Below, piece after piece: positions 1 through 9,490 of a DNA stretch of 64,000 nucleotides. The position numbers and the translations under genes were made by a program. The notes under the pieces are model-generated. The model worked only from the letters and a program-made list of their open reading frames with translations. It was not told the origin of the DNA and searched no databases. Source of the stretch: Steroidobacteraceae bacterium. GTDB lineage: Bacteria; Pseudomonadota; Gammaproteobacteria; Steroidobacterales; Steroidobacteraceae. Numbering within the stretch: position 1 is the first letter of the stretch; each line of letters begins with the position of its first letter. The stretch is from assembly GCA_022865595.1 (NCBI GenBank), contig JALHTE010000370.1:2657-66656 (forward strand). The letters are read 5' to 3'.

Positions 1-254
1 CCTTGGCCGGGTCGAGCTTCGGCTCCTGCTCCAGGAAGCCGATCCTGATGCCCGGCTGCGGCCGGGCCTCGCCCTCGAACTCCTTGTCCAGGCCCGCCAT
101 GATGCGCAGCAGCGTGGACTTGCCCGACCCGTTCAGGCCGAGCACGCCGATCTTGGCGCCCGGGAAGAAGCTGAGTGAAATATCGCGGAGGATCATGCGC
201 TTCGGCGGCACGATCTTCCCGACGCGATTCATGGTGTAGATGAACTGGGCCATG
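1..254 (-). CDS. ettA: ABC-F ATPase EttA (energy-dependent translational throttle), N-terminal 84 codons; gene runs off the window start
   Basis: Reverse-strand translation from ATG (254-252) reads [54 protein letters not shown]... This nearly matches the E. coli EttA N-terminus, including Walker A. It is absent from the ORF track because it is truncated by the window edge. Confidence 0.9.
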
Positions 255-353
255 GGTTCGTAGGTTGGCTGGGGCGGAAAAAGGGCCGCGATTATGCGGC
301 CTCGGGGCGCGTCGCGTCACGGGCGGCGGGGCGTCCGCAGTAACACGGGCGCC

Positions 354-458
354 GGTGTTCCGGGCCCGCCCTGTCGGGGACGGCGTGAATCCATCCCTGG
401 AGCCTCGCGCGCGGCGTCCCTGCCGCGCGACGCCCCTCCAGGGCGGGCCCGGGACACC
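354..458 (+). repeat. Family-1 structured intergenic repeat, copy 1 (core plus 20-nt outer inverted repeat)
   Basis: The core is GGGGACGGCGTGAATCCATCCCTGGAGCCTCGCGCGCGGCGTCCCTGCCGCGCGACGCCCC. It is flanked by GGTGTTCCGGGCCCGCCCTG ... CAGGGCGGGCCCGGGACACC. The same core recurs at 15274, 15441, 22789 and 41399. Confidence 0.8.
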
Positions 459-528
459 GCCGCCCTGCGCCGCAAGAGTCGAGGCGCGCGACCCGGTACA
501 ATTGCGCGTTCACGACCGTGGAGTGCCA

Positions 529-1782
529 ATGTTTCCCGCCAGCATGAAAATCGCCGGGTTCGACCCCGAACTCGCAGCCGCCCTCGACCTCGAGCGCGTG
601 CGCCAGGAAGAACACATCGAGTTGATCGCCTCCGAGAACTACGCGAGCCCGCGCGTGCTCGAGGCCCAGGGCTCGGTGCTGACCAACAAGTACGCCGAGG
701 GTTATCCCGGCAAGCGCTACTACGGTGGCTGCGAGTACGTGGACGTGGCCGAGCAGCTCGCGATCGACCGCGCGAAGAAACTGTTCGGCGCCGACTTCGC
801 GAACGTGCAGCCGCACTCCGGCTCGCAGGCCAACGTCGCGGCCTACCTGGCGCTGATCAATCCGGGCGACACCATCCTCGGCATGAGCCTCGACCACGGC
901 GGCCACCTGACACACGGCGCCAAGGTCAACTTCTCCGGCAAGGTTTTCAACGCCGTGCAGTACGGCCTCGATCCCGCGACCGGCGAGATCGACTACGCCC
1001 AGGTCGAGCGACTGGCCCTCGAGCACAAGCCGAAGCTGGTCATCGCCGGTTTCTCGGCCTATTCGCGCGTGGTCGACTGGGCCCGGTTTCGCGCGATCGC
1101 AGACTCGGTCGGTGCGTATTTCCTGGTCGACATGGCGCACGTCGCCGGCCTGGTGGCCGCGGGCGTGTACCCGAACCCCGTTCCGCACGCCGACGTAGTG
1201 ACGACCACCACGCACAAGACGCTGCGCGGCCCGCGTGGCGGCCTGATCCTCGCGCGCGGGAACGACGAGATCACGAAGAGGCTCAACTCGCTGATTTTCC
1301 CTGGCACCCAGGGCGGCCCGTTGATGCACGTGATCGCCGCCAAGGCCGTGGCCTTCCTCGAGGCCATGCAGCCAGAGTTCGAGGGTTACCAGAAGCAGGT
1401 GGTGGCGAATGCGCGGGCCATGGTTGCCGGCATGGTCGCCCGCGGCCACAAGATCGTCTCGGGCGGCACCGACAACCACCTGTTCCTGGTGGACCTGGTC
1501 GAGAAGGGTGTCACCGGCAAGGACGCGGACGCCGCGCTCGGCCGGGCCAACATCACGGTCAACAAGAACACCGTGCCGAACGATCCGCGCTCGCCATTCG
1601 TTACCAGCGGCCTGCGCATCGGCACCCCGGCGGTCACGACCCGCGGCTTCCACGAGGCGGAGGTCACGCAACTGTCCAGCTGGATCGCCGACGTGCTGGA
1701 TGACGTCGGCAACGAGGCGGTGATCGATCGAACGCGCCAGGCGGTGCTCGAGATCTGCCGGCGCTACCCGGTCTACGGATAA
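529..1782 (+). CDS. glyA: Serine hydroxymethyltransferase
   Basis: [38 protein letters not shown]... aligns with the E. coli GlyA N-terminus. The PLP-lysine region [14 protein letters not shown] is present. The start was chosen inside the longer 265..1782 ORF. Confidence 0.96.
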   Translation: MFPASMKIAGFDPELAAALDLERVRQEEHIELIASENYASPRVLEAQGSVLTNKYAEGYPGKRYYGGCEYVDVAEQLAIDRAKKLFGADFANVQPHSGSQANVAAYLALINPGDTILGMSLDHGGHLTHGAKVNFSGKVFNAVQYGLDPATGEIDYAQVERLALEHKPKLVIAGFSAYSRVVDWARFRAIADSVGAYFLVDMAHVAGLVAAGVYPNPVPHADVVTTTTHKTLRGPRGGLILARGNDEITKRLNSLIFPGTQGGPLMHVIAAKAVAFLEAMQPEFEGYQKQVVANARAMVAGMVARGHKIVSGGTDNHLFLVDLVEKGVTGKDADAALGRANITVNKNTVPNDPRSPFVTSGLRIGTPAVTTRGFHEAEVTQLSSWIADVLDDVGNEAVIDRTRQAVLEICRRYPVYG

Positions 1783-1803
1783 GCAGAGGCGAGCCGACCA
1801 GCC

Positions 1804-2325
1804 ATGCACTGCCCGTTCTGCGGCCACGATGAAACCAAGGTCATCGACTCGCGCCTCTCGGCCGAGGGCGAGCAGGTGCGCCGGCGTCGCGAGTGCCTCA
1901 AGTGCGACGAGCGGTTCACGACCTTCGAGTCCGCTGAACTGGTGATGCCGAGGGTCGTGAAGAGCGACTCGACACGCGAGCCCTTCGATGAATCGAAGCT
2001 GCGCTCGGGCATGTTGAAGGCGCTGGAGAAGCGCCCGGTGTCGAGCGAGTCCGTCGACGCCGCCGTGAACCACGTCTGCCACAAGCTGCGCACGCTCGGC
2101 GAGCGCGAGGTGCCGGCAAGACTGGTCGGGGAACTCGTCATGGATGAACTGCACCGACTCGACGAGGTAGCCTACGTGCGCTTCGCTTCGGTGTATCGCA
2201 GCTTCCAGGACGTGGACGCGTTCCACGAGGAGATCGAGCGCCTGCGCCACCGCCGGCCACGCACGGTCGAAGACCTGCAACTGGGCCTGTGGTCCGGCAC
2301 GGAGGCGGAGGGCGACGGAAAATGA
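1804..2325 (+). CDS. nrdR: Transcriptional repressor NrdR (zinc ribbon plus ATP-cone)
   Basis: [42 protein letters not shown] is the canonical NrdR N-terminus. Confidence 0.95.
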   Translation: MHCPFCGHDETKVIDSRLSAEGEQVRRRRECLKCDERFTTFESAELVMPRVVKSDSTREPFDESKLRSGMLKALEKRPVSSESVDAAVNHVCHKLRTLGEREVPARLVGELVMDELHRLDEVAYVRFASVYRSFQDVDAFHEEIERLRHRRPRTVEDLQLGLWSGTEAEGDGK

Positions 2326-3440
2326 CCGACTTCTCCGGGGACGACCGGCGCTTCATGCGGCGGGCGATGGAACTTGCCGAGGCCGGGCTGTATTCGACGC
2401 CGCCCAACCCGGCCGTCGGCTGCGTACTGGAGCGCTGGGGCCAGCCCGTCGGTGAGGGTTTTCACGCACGCGCGGGCGGGGCGCACGCTGAGATCGCCGC
2501 GCTGGAAAACGCGGGCCCCGCGGCTGCGGGCGCCACTGCCTACGTCACGCTGGAGCCCTGTTCGCACCACGGCCGGACGCCACCCTGCGCGGATGCGCTG
2601 ATCGCGGCCGGTGTGTCGCGGGTTGTCGTCGCGATGCGCGATCCGAACCCTGCCGTGGACGGGGGCGGCCTCGCGCGTCTTGCCGCCGCCGGGATCGCAA
2701 CCGACGTCGGACTAATGGCGGACGAGGCGGCCGAACTGAACCGCGGCTTCGTGAGCCGCATGAGCCGCGGCCGCCCCTGGGTCACGTTGAAGCTCGGTGC
2801 AAGCCTGGACGGACGCACGGCGCTCGCCAACGGCACCAGCAAGTGGATCACCGGTGAACCCGCGCGCGCCGATGTGCAGCGATTGCGCTCACGCGCTTCC
2901 GCCGTCGTCACGGGCAGCGGCACGGTCGTGGCAGACGACCCGCTGCTCACCGCGCGCGACCAGCGCTTCGAGATGCGCGGGCGACGCCCACTCCGGGTCG
3001 TGCTCGACAGTTCGCTGCGCACGCCGCGGCTCGCGCACGTGCTGTCCGTCCCGGGACCAACCCTGATCCTCACCCTGGATACGGAGTCGGAGCGCGCCGA
3101 AGAGCTGCGTGAAGCGGGGGCATCGGTCGAGAGCGTGCCGGCCGGCGATGGCGGCCTCGACCTCGCTGCCGTGTTGTCGCGACTTGCGGCACTGGAGTGC
3201 AACGAGGTGCTGGTCGAGGCCGGCCCAACGCTGGCGGGTGCGTTCCTGCGCGCGGGTCTCACGGACGAGATCGTGGTCTACATGGCGCCCGTAGTGCTAG
3301 GCAGCGCGGCGCGCAGCCTGTTCAACATGCCGGAGCTGGAGCGGATGTGCGACCGCTGCGAATTCACCTGGCGTGACGTGGGCCGGGTCGGCGACGACCT
3401 GCGGCTCACACTGCGCCCGCGACTCAGGGGAGAAGGCTGA
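2322..3440 (+). CDS. ribD: Bifunctional diaminohydroxyphosphoribosylaminopyrimidine deaminase / 5-amino-6-(5-phosphoribosylamino)uracil reductase
   Basis: The deaminase motifs HAEIAAL and [14 protein letters not shown] are present, followed by a reductase domain. The ATG overlaps the nrdR stop (ATGA). Confidence 0.92.
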   Translation: MTDFSGDDRRFMRRAMELAEAGLYSTPPNPAVGCVLERWGQPVGEGFHARAGGAHAEIAALENAGPAAAGATAYVTLEPCSHHGRTPPCADALIAAGVSRVVVAMRDPNPAVDGGGLARLAAAGIATDVGLMADEAAELNRGFVSRMSRGRPWVTLKLGASLDGRTALANGTSKWITGEPARADVQRLRSRASAVVTGSGTVVADDPLLTARDQRFEMRGRRPLRVVLDSSLRTPRLAHVLSVPGPTLILTLDTESERAEELREAGASVESVPAGDGGLDLAAVLSRLAALECNEVLVEAGPTLAGAFLRAGLTDEIVVYMAPVVLGSAARSLFNMPELERMCDRCEFTWRDVGRVGDDLRLTLRPRLRGEG

Positions 3441-4036
3441 TGTTCACCGGGATCGTCCAGGGCGTAGGTCGCATTCGTTCGGTCGAGCCGTGCGGCGGAG
3501 ACGTGACGCTGTGGATCGAGACCGGCCCGGTCTCGCTCGACGACGTGCAGGTCGGCGGCAGCATCGCCGTCGGTGGCGCCTGCCTCACCGCGACGCAGCT
3601 CGACGATCACGCGTTCGCGGCGGATGTCTCGCGCGAGACGCTGTCGCTCACGACGCTCGGCGCCGCCGTTGCCGGCACCAGGGTCAACATCGAGAAGGCG
3701 CTCACGGCCGGCCAGGCGCTGGGTGGCCACTACGTCACCGGACACATCGACGGCGTGGGCCGGGTCGTGTCGCGGCACGACGACGCGCGGTCGGTACGCG
3801 TGGAGTTCGAGGTGCCGGCCGAGCTCGCGCGCTATGTGGCGCGCAAGGGTTCGGTCTGTGTCGATGGCGTCAGCCTGACCGTAAACGGCGTCCAGGGCTG
3901 CCGCTTCGACGTGAACCTGGTGCCCCACACGCTGGACCTGACGACCCTGGTGGACTGCGGGCCCGGGACCGCGGTGAACCTCGAGGTGGACATCATTGCC
4001 CGCTACCTGGAGCGGATGCTGGAGGCCGGCCGCTGA
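3440..4036 (+). CDS. ribE: Riboflavin synthase (alpha chain)
   Basis: [12 protein letters not shown]... and two lumazine-binding repeats are present. The start overlaps the ribD stop. Confidence 0.93.
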   Translation: MFTGIVQGVGRIRSVEPCGGDVTLWIETGPVSLDDVQVGGSIAVGGACLTATQLDDHAFAADVSRETLSLTTLGAAVAGTRVNIEKALTAGQALGGHYVTGHIDGVGRVVSRHDDARSVRVEFEVPAELARYVARKGSVCVDGVSLTVNGVQGCRFDVNLVPHTLDLTTLVDCGPGTAVNLEVDIIARYLERMLEAGR

Positions 4037-4150
4037 CCGGCAGGGCGGTGCGCACGCCAGCCGCCTGCTACACTTGCGTCCCCGGTCAGGGTGCGCCACA
4101 TGTGCTGGCCGGCATATTTAATTAAAACAAATACTTACGGCTTTCTTTAA

Positions 4151-5260
4151 ATGAGCTCGTTAAATTCGATCGACGAGATTCTCGAGGACATCGGCAACGG
4201 CCGCATGGTCATCCTGATGGACGACGAGGACCGCGAGAACGAAGGCGACCTGATCATGGCCGCCTCCAAGGTACGGCCCGAGGACGTGAACTTCATGGCG
4301 CGCTACGGGCGCGGCTTGATCTGCCTCACGCTGACGCGCGATCGCTGCCGGCAGTTACGTCTCCCGCTGATGGTCACCGAGACCGATTCCGACCACACCA
4401 CCAATTTCACGCTGTCTATCGAGGCAGCCGAGGGCGTGACCACCGGCATCTCCGCCTACGACCGGGCGCATACCATCCGCACCGCCGTGGCGCCCGACGC
4501 GCGCCCGGAGCACCTGCGCCAGCCCGGTCACATCTTCCCGCTGATGGCGCAGCCGGGCGGCGTGCTGACGCGCGCCGGCCACACGGAGGCGGGTTGCGAC
4601 CTTGTGAGACTCGCCGGCGTGGAACCTGCAGCGGTGATCGTCGAAATACTGAACGAAGACGGCACCATGGCCCGCAGGCCGCAACTCGAGCAGTTCGCGC
4701 GCGAGCACGGCATCAAGATGGGCACCATTGCCGACCTGATCCGTTACCGGCTGGAGAAGGAACGCTCGGTTGAACGCATCGCCGAGCGCGAAATCGCGAC
4801 TGACTTCGGGGCGTTCCGGCTGTGCTGCTACGAAGACCACGTGAACGGCACCGTGCATCTTGCGCTGGTGCGCGGGTCGCTGGACAGTCGCGCGGCGCCG
4901 CTGGTGCGGGTGCACCTCAAGGACACAGTGCGCGACCTCGTGGGTGCGTACGAGCAGGACCGCAGCTGGAGCCTGCGCAGCGCGATGGAGCGGATTGCGC
5001 GCGAGGATTCGGGCGTCATCGTGCTGCTGCGGCCGCATGAGAGTCCGCTTGAGATCGCCGAAGCGGTCCGCGCCGACGTGCGGGCCCCGCGCAACCCGAA
5101 GGCCAGCGGGGCGCAGGTGCTGCGCACCTACGGCATCGGAGCGCAGATACTCCAGGACCTCGGCGTGGTGCGCATGCGCGTGCTGAGTGCGCCGAAGCAG
5201 ATGCACGGCCTGTCGGCCTTCGGGCTCGAGGTGGTCGAGTACGTGGACGAGGGTGGTTGA
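4151..5260 (+). CDS. ribBA: 3,4-dihydroxy-2-butanone-4-phosphate synthase fused to a degenerate GTP cyclohydrolase II-like domain
   Basis: The N-terminal half carries [11 protein letters not shown] and HTEAGCDL. The C-terminal half aligns to RibA, but the RVHSECLTGD...CDC zinc-ligand block reads [21 protein letters not shown], with no Cys. Confidence 0.9.
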   Translation: MSSLNSIDEILEDIGNGRMVILMDDEDRENEGDLIMAASKVRPEDVNFMARYGRGLICLTLTRDRCRQLRLPLMVTETDSDHTTNFTLSIEAAEGVTTGISAYDRAHTIRTAVAPDARPEHLRQPGHIFPLMAQPGGVLTRAGHTEAGCDLVRLAGVEPAAVIVEILNEDGTMARRPQLEQFAREHGIKMGTIADLIRYRLEKERSVERIAEREIATDFGAFRLCCYEDHVNGTVHLALVRGSLDSRAAPLVRVHLKDTVRDLVGAYEQDRSWSLRSAMERIAREDSGVIVLLRPHESPLEIAEAVRADVRAPRNPKASGAQVLRTYGIGAQILQDLGVVRMRVLSAPKQMHGLSAFGLEVVEYVDEGG

Positions 5261-5269
5261 GGAACCAGC

Positions 5270-5746
<477 letters not shown>

Positions 5747-5748
5747 CC

Positions 5749-6210
5749 GTGGCCAAACGCCCCGAAAGGACCTCGCGGGCGCGGAGCCTGTCGCGCAAGT
5801 TCGCAATGCAGGCCTTGTACCAGTGGCAGCTTACGGGGCAGTCCTGCGCCGAGCTTCGCAACCAGTACGCCGACGAGGAGGGTTTTTCCGGCGCGGACCG
5901 TGACTACTTCGAGGCATTGCTGACTGGTACGACGGGAGAACGCGAGTCGCTCGACGCGGAGCTCGGTTCGCTGCTCGACCGTCCTGTCGCACAGCTCGAC
6001 CCGGTCGAGCACGCCGTGCTGCTGATCGGCCTCTACGAGCTGCGCGCACAGATAGACGTGCCGTACCGCGTGGTGATCAACGAGGGCGTGGACCTGACCA
6101 AGCGATTCGGCGCCACGGACGGACACAAGTTCGTCAATGCAGTGCTGGACCGCGCCGCGCGCACGTTGCGCTCCGCCGAGCAGTCAGCAGCGGCCCGCGC
6201 ACGCGCCTGA
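5749..6210 (+). CDS. nusB: Transcription antitermination factor NusB
   Basis: RSRARSLSRKFAMQALYQWQLTG... is a NusB signature. It has a GTG start and sits in the conserved ribH-nusB-thiL order. Confidence 0.93.
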   Translation: MAKRPERTSRARSLSRKFAMQALYQWQLTGQSCAELRNQYADEEGFSGADRDYFEALLTGTTGERESLDAELGSLLDRPVAQLDPVEHAVLLIGLYELRAQIDVPYRVVINEGVDLTKRFGATDGHKFVNAVLDRAARTLRSAEQSAAARARA

Positions 6211-6222
6211 ACGGGGTGCGCC

Positions 6223-7176
6223 GTGGCACTCGGCGAATTCGACCTGATCGACCGGTTCTTCCGGCGCCCGTCGCGGCGCAGCGACGTGCTGCTCGGCGTG
6301 GGCGACGACGCGGCGCTGCTCGAGCCACCCGCGGGCCGTGCGCTTGTCGCGGCGACCGACACGCTTGTCGAGGGACGGCACTTCCTGCACGGCGCTCCCG
6401 GCCGCTCGGTCGGGCACCAGGCGCTGGCGGTCAACCTGAGCGACCTGGCCGCGATGGGCGCGGATCCTGCCTGGGCCCTGCTTTCACTGTCGTTGCCCGA
6501 GGTGCGCGAGGACTGGCTCGAGGATTTCGCACTTGGTTTCCACGTGCTTGCCGATACGCATGGCGTGGAACTCGTCGGTGGCGACACGGTGCGCGGGCCG
6601 CTGGTGGTTACCGTGGAAGTGCTCGGCTTCGTCGAGCCGGCGCTGGCGCTGCGGCGTTCAGGCGCGCAGCCCGGCGACGTTCTATTCGTATCTGGCTCGC
6701 CGGGCGAGGCGGCTGCGGGCCTCGAGATGCTTCGGCGCGGCGGGTCGATGGACTCCGACGACCCGCTGGTGCTGCGATACCTGTACGCGCAGCCGAGGCT
6801 CGAACTTGGGCGCGCGCTGCGTGGCCGGGCGAGCGCCGCCATGGACGTGTCGGACGGCCTGCTCGGCGACCTGGGCAAGCTGTGCGCCGCGAGCGGCGTC
6901 TGCGCGCGTATCGACCTGGCCGAATTGCCGGTCTCCGATCGGCTCCTTGCCGCGCACGGGCGCGAGGCCAGCGAGCGCCTGGTGCTGCTGGGCGGCGACG
7001 ACTACGAGTTGCTGTTCACGCTGAGCGCAGCCGAGGCCGATCGGGGCCAGGCTGAACTCAGGCGCGATTTTCCCATTACCCGGATAGGGGAAATCGAGGC
7101 CGGCCGCGGCGTGCTCTGCGAGCGGGACGGGCTGGTCGTCCAGGTGGCGGGCGGGGGCTACGACCACTTCGCCTGA
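6223..7176 (+). CDS. thiL: Thiamine-monophosphate kinase
   Basis: GEFDLIDRFF...GDDAALL...ATDTLVEGRHF is the AIR-synthase-like ThiL pattern. GTG start. Confidence 0.9.
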   Translation: MALGEFDLIDRFFRRPSRRSDVLLGVGDDAALLEPPAGRALVAATDTLVEGRHFLHGAPGRSVGHQALAVNLSDLAAMGADPAWALLSLSLPEVREDWLEDFALGFHVLADTHGVELVGGDTVRGPLVVTVEVLGFVEPALALRRSGAQPGDVLFVSGSPGEAAAGLEMLRRGGSMDSDDPLVLRYLYAQPRLELGRALRGRASAAMDVSDGLLGDLGKLCAASGVCARIDLAELPVSDRLLAAHGREASERLVLLGGDDYELLFTLSAAEADRGQAELRRDFPITRIGEIEAGRGVLCERDGLVVQVAGGGYDHFA

Positions 7177-7350
7177 GCGGCGCTGCGCACGGCGTCCCTT
7201 CCACCTGGGACGGCATACCTGCTGGCCAGACCATGCGCACTCGCGGATCCGCGAGGCAGGTCACGGAACGGTGGCGGGCCTGGCCCTATTCTCCGGTGCA
7301 ACATAACCGGACGTCCCCGGCCGTAAACGAATGCCGAACAGCGAACAATA

Positions 7351-8682
7351 ATGGCAACCCAGAACGCGCTAGCAGGCACAAGAACCCAGCCGATCCTCGC
7401 GCCGCTGAAGTCGGTGCCGGAGCGCATCGGCAAGTACTACGTGGTGCACGAGGTCGGGCGCGGCAGCACTGGCACGGTGTACCTGTCGCACGACCCGTTC
7501 TACGGGCGCGACGTGGCGATCAAGTTCTACCACGCTTCCAGCGCCGACGATGCCGAGTCGCGCAATGCACGCCGCATGTTCCTCGGCGAGGCACACATGG
7601 TCGGGAAGCTGCAGCACCCGAACATCGTGCCGATCTTCGACGCAGGAGAGGAAGAAGGGCGGCGCTACGTCGTCACCGAGCACGTGCATGGCGCACGCAC
7701 GCTGTCCGCGTACTGCAGGCCGGGCAGCCTGCTGCCGGTCGACCAGGTGATCGGAATCGTCTACAAGTGCGCGAAGGCGCTGCACTACGCTCACTCGCGC
7801 GGCGTCGTGCACCGTGACATCAAGCCCTCGAACATCCTGCTGACGCAGGACGGCGACGTGCGCATCGTGGACTTCGGCATCGCGCTGGTCTCGGACTCCG
7901 ACGTGTCGCGCCTCGAGGGCGTGGCGGGCAGTCCCGCGTACATGTCGCCCGAGCAGGTGCAGGGCCACGACCTCGACCCCCGTTCCGACCTCTATTCACT
8001 CGGCGCCGTGATGTACGAGATGCTGTGTGGCCACCGGCCGTTCCGGGCCGGCGCGCTCGGCAAGCTGCTCAGGCAGGTCGTGCAGTCCACACCCGAGCCG
8101 CTGCGCGAAGTGCGTCCCGAGATCCCGCAGGAACTCGAGGCGATCGTGAACCGCGCGCTGGAGAAGGAGCCCGGCAGTCGCTATCGCAGCGGCGCCGAGT
8201 TCGCTGCAGACCTGACGCGCGCGCACCAGAAGTTGCGCTCCGCGCAGTCGGACATCGACGACGAGGAGCGCTTCGCGATGTTGCGTCGCCTGCGCTTCTT
8301 CCACGATTTCACGCACGCAGAGATCCGCGAGGTCATGAAATCCGGCTGCTGGATGGAATGCCAGCCGGGTGAGGCCGTGTTGCGCCCGGGAGATACCGAC
8401 GACCGTTTTTACGTGGTCGTCTCTGGCCGCGCCAGGTTGAGCCGCTTCGGCGAGATGGCGGGGAGCGTGGAGACGGGTGGCTGCTTCGGCGAGGCTGCGT
8501 TCGCCGAGGGCTCGCGACGCGACACGCTGATCGAGGCCGAGGGCCCGCTCACGCTGCTCAAGGTCACGGCCACGCTGCTGGAGCAGGCGTCCATTTCCTG
8601 CCAGCTGCGTTTCCACAAGGTGTTCCTGCGCGAACTTATCGGGCGGCTGCAGCGCGGCAGGAAAGCGGGCGAGGGCGCCTAG
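7351..8682 (+). CDS. Hanks-type Ser/Thr protein kinase with C-terminal cyclic-nucleotide-binding domain
   Basis: The kinase motifs are [30 protein letters not shown] and SPAYMSPEQ. The C-terminus [14 protein letters not shown]...[17 protein letters not shown]...GGCFGEAAF resembles a CAP/PKA-type cNMP-binding fold. Confidence 0.8.
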   Translation: MATQNALAGTRTQPILAPLKSVPERIGKYYVVHEVGRGSTGTVYLSHDPFYGRDVAIKFYHASSADDAESRNARRMFLGEAHMVGKLQHPNIVPIFDAGEEEGRRYVVTEHVHGARTLSAYCRPGSLLPVDQVIGIVYKCAKALHYAHSRGVVHRDIKPSNILLTQDGDVRIVDFGIALVSDSDVSRLEGVAGSPAYMSPEQVQGHDLDPRSDLYSLGAVMYEMLCGHRPFRAGALGKLLRQVVQSTPEPLREVRPEIPQELEAIVNRALEKEPGSRYRSGAEFAADLTRAHQKLRSAQSDIDDEERFAMLRRLRFFHDFTHAEIREVMKSGCWMECQPGEAVLRPGDTDDRFYVVVSGRARLSRFGEMAGSVETGGCFGEAAFAEGSRRDTLIEAEGPLTLLKVTATLLEQASISCQLRFHKVFLRELIGRLQRGRKAGEGA

Positions 8683-9488
8683 GCAGGCGGAGCCCTGCCC
8701 GCGGGCCCGTTATCGCCCTGCTTGTCCTTTTCGATCAGCGCGTACGCCGAGTGATTGTGGATCGACTCGAAGTTCTCAGCTTCGACCACATAGGCCAGCA
8801 CACGCGGCTCGCCGTTCAGCCGCACCGCGACGTCGCGCACGATGTCCTCGACGAACTTCGGATTGTCGTAGGCACGCTCCGTCACGAACTTCTCGTCGGG
8901 GCGCTTCAGGATTCCGTACACCTGGCTTGACGCCTCGTGCTCCGCGATGTCGATCAGTTCCTCGATCCAGAGGTGTTCGTGCACGCGTGCCTTTATGGTG
9001 ATGTGCGACCGCTGGTTGTGCGCACCGTAGTCGGCGATCTTCTTCGAGCAGGGACAAAGGCTGGTGACCGGCACCAGCACGCGGATCCACATTTCCTCGC
9101 GCCCGTCCTGCACCTCTCCGATCAGGCTGGCCTGGTAGTTCATCAGGCTCGAGACACCCGACACCGGCGCCTTCTTCATCACGAAGTACGGGAAGCTCAT
9201 CTCGATGTGCCCGGTGGTGGCGTCGAGCTTGCGGGTCATCTCGGTCAGCATCTGGCGGAAGGAATCCACGGAGACTTCGCGCTCGTGCCCATGCAGCACC
9301 TCGACGAAGCGCGACATGTGCGTGCCCTTGAAATTGTGGGGCAGGGCCACGTACATGTTGAAGTTGGCGATCGTGTGCTGTTCTCCGCCCGACCGGTCCT
9401 TGACCCGTACCGGGTGGAAGATGTCCTTGATGCCGACCTTGTTGATCGGGATCTGGCGCGAATCCGCGCGGCCCTGCACGTCGTCCAT
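8679..9488 (-). CDS. folE2: GTP cyclohydrolase I type 2 (FolE2/MptA family)
   Basis: A 269-aa protein: [22 protein letters not shown]...[23 protein letters not shown]... The start was taken inside the artefactual 611-aa ORF. It lies 2 nt downstream of the dxs stop. Confidence 0.88.
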   Translation of the reverse strand: MDDVQGRADSRQIPINKVGIKDIFHPVRVKDRSGGEQHTIANFNMYVALPHNFKGTHMSRFVEVLHGHEREVSVDSFRQMLTEMTRKLDATTGHIEMSFPYFVMKKAPVSGVSSLMNYQASLIGEVQDGREEMWIRVLVPVTSLCPCSKKIADYGAHNQRSHITIKARVHEHLWIEELIDIAEHEASSQVYGILKRPDEKFVTERAYDNPKFVEDIVRDVAVRLNGEPRVLAYVVEAENFESIHNHSAYALIEKDKQGDNGPAGRAPPA

Positions 9489-9490
9489 GA

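Noticed and set aside
292-2280. Very long ORFs antisense to or overlapping confirmed genes. Examples are 292..2280(-), 13271..14620(-), 15586..17700(-), 17405..19948(-), 37463..39610(-) and 29644..30975(-).
   Set aside because: Their translations are Arg/Ala/Gly/Pro-rich low-complexity sequence with no recognisable motifs. Each lies opposite or out of frame with a strongly conserved gene. This is typical stop-codon depletion in high-GC DNA.
4037-4150. A possible FMN (RFN) riboswitch, and an unusually AT-rich patch (CATATTTAATTAAAACAAATACTTACGGCTTTCTTTAAATG), upstream of ribBA.
   Set aside because: Only a weak resemblance (CAGGGTG...GGCCGGC) to the RFN 5' part is present. The conserved 3' half (..GTCCGGATG..) is absent, and the spacer is too short for the full element. 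The AT-rich stretch is more simply a promoter or translation-initiation region.
7240-7255. A 16-nt perfect palindrome, CTCGCGGATCCGCGAG, between thiL and the kinase gene.
   Set aside because: It is a single occurrence, has no T-run (so it is not a terminator), and matches no operator I know. Short GC palindromes are expected by chance in this composition.
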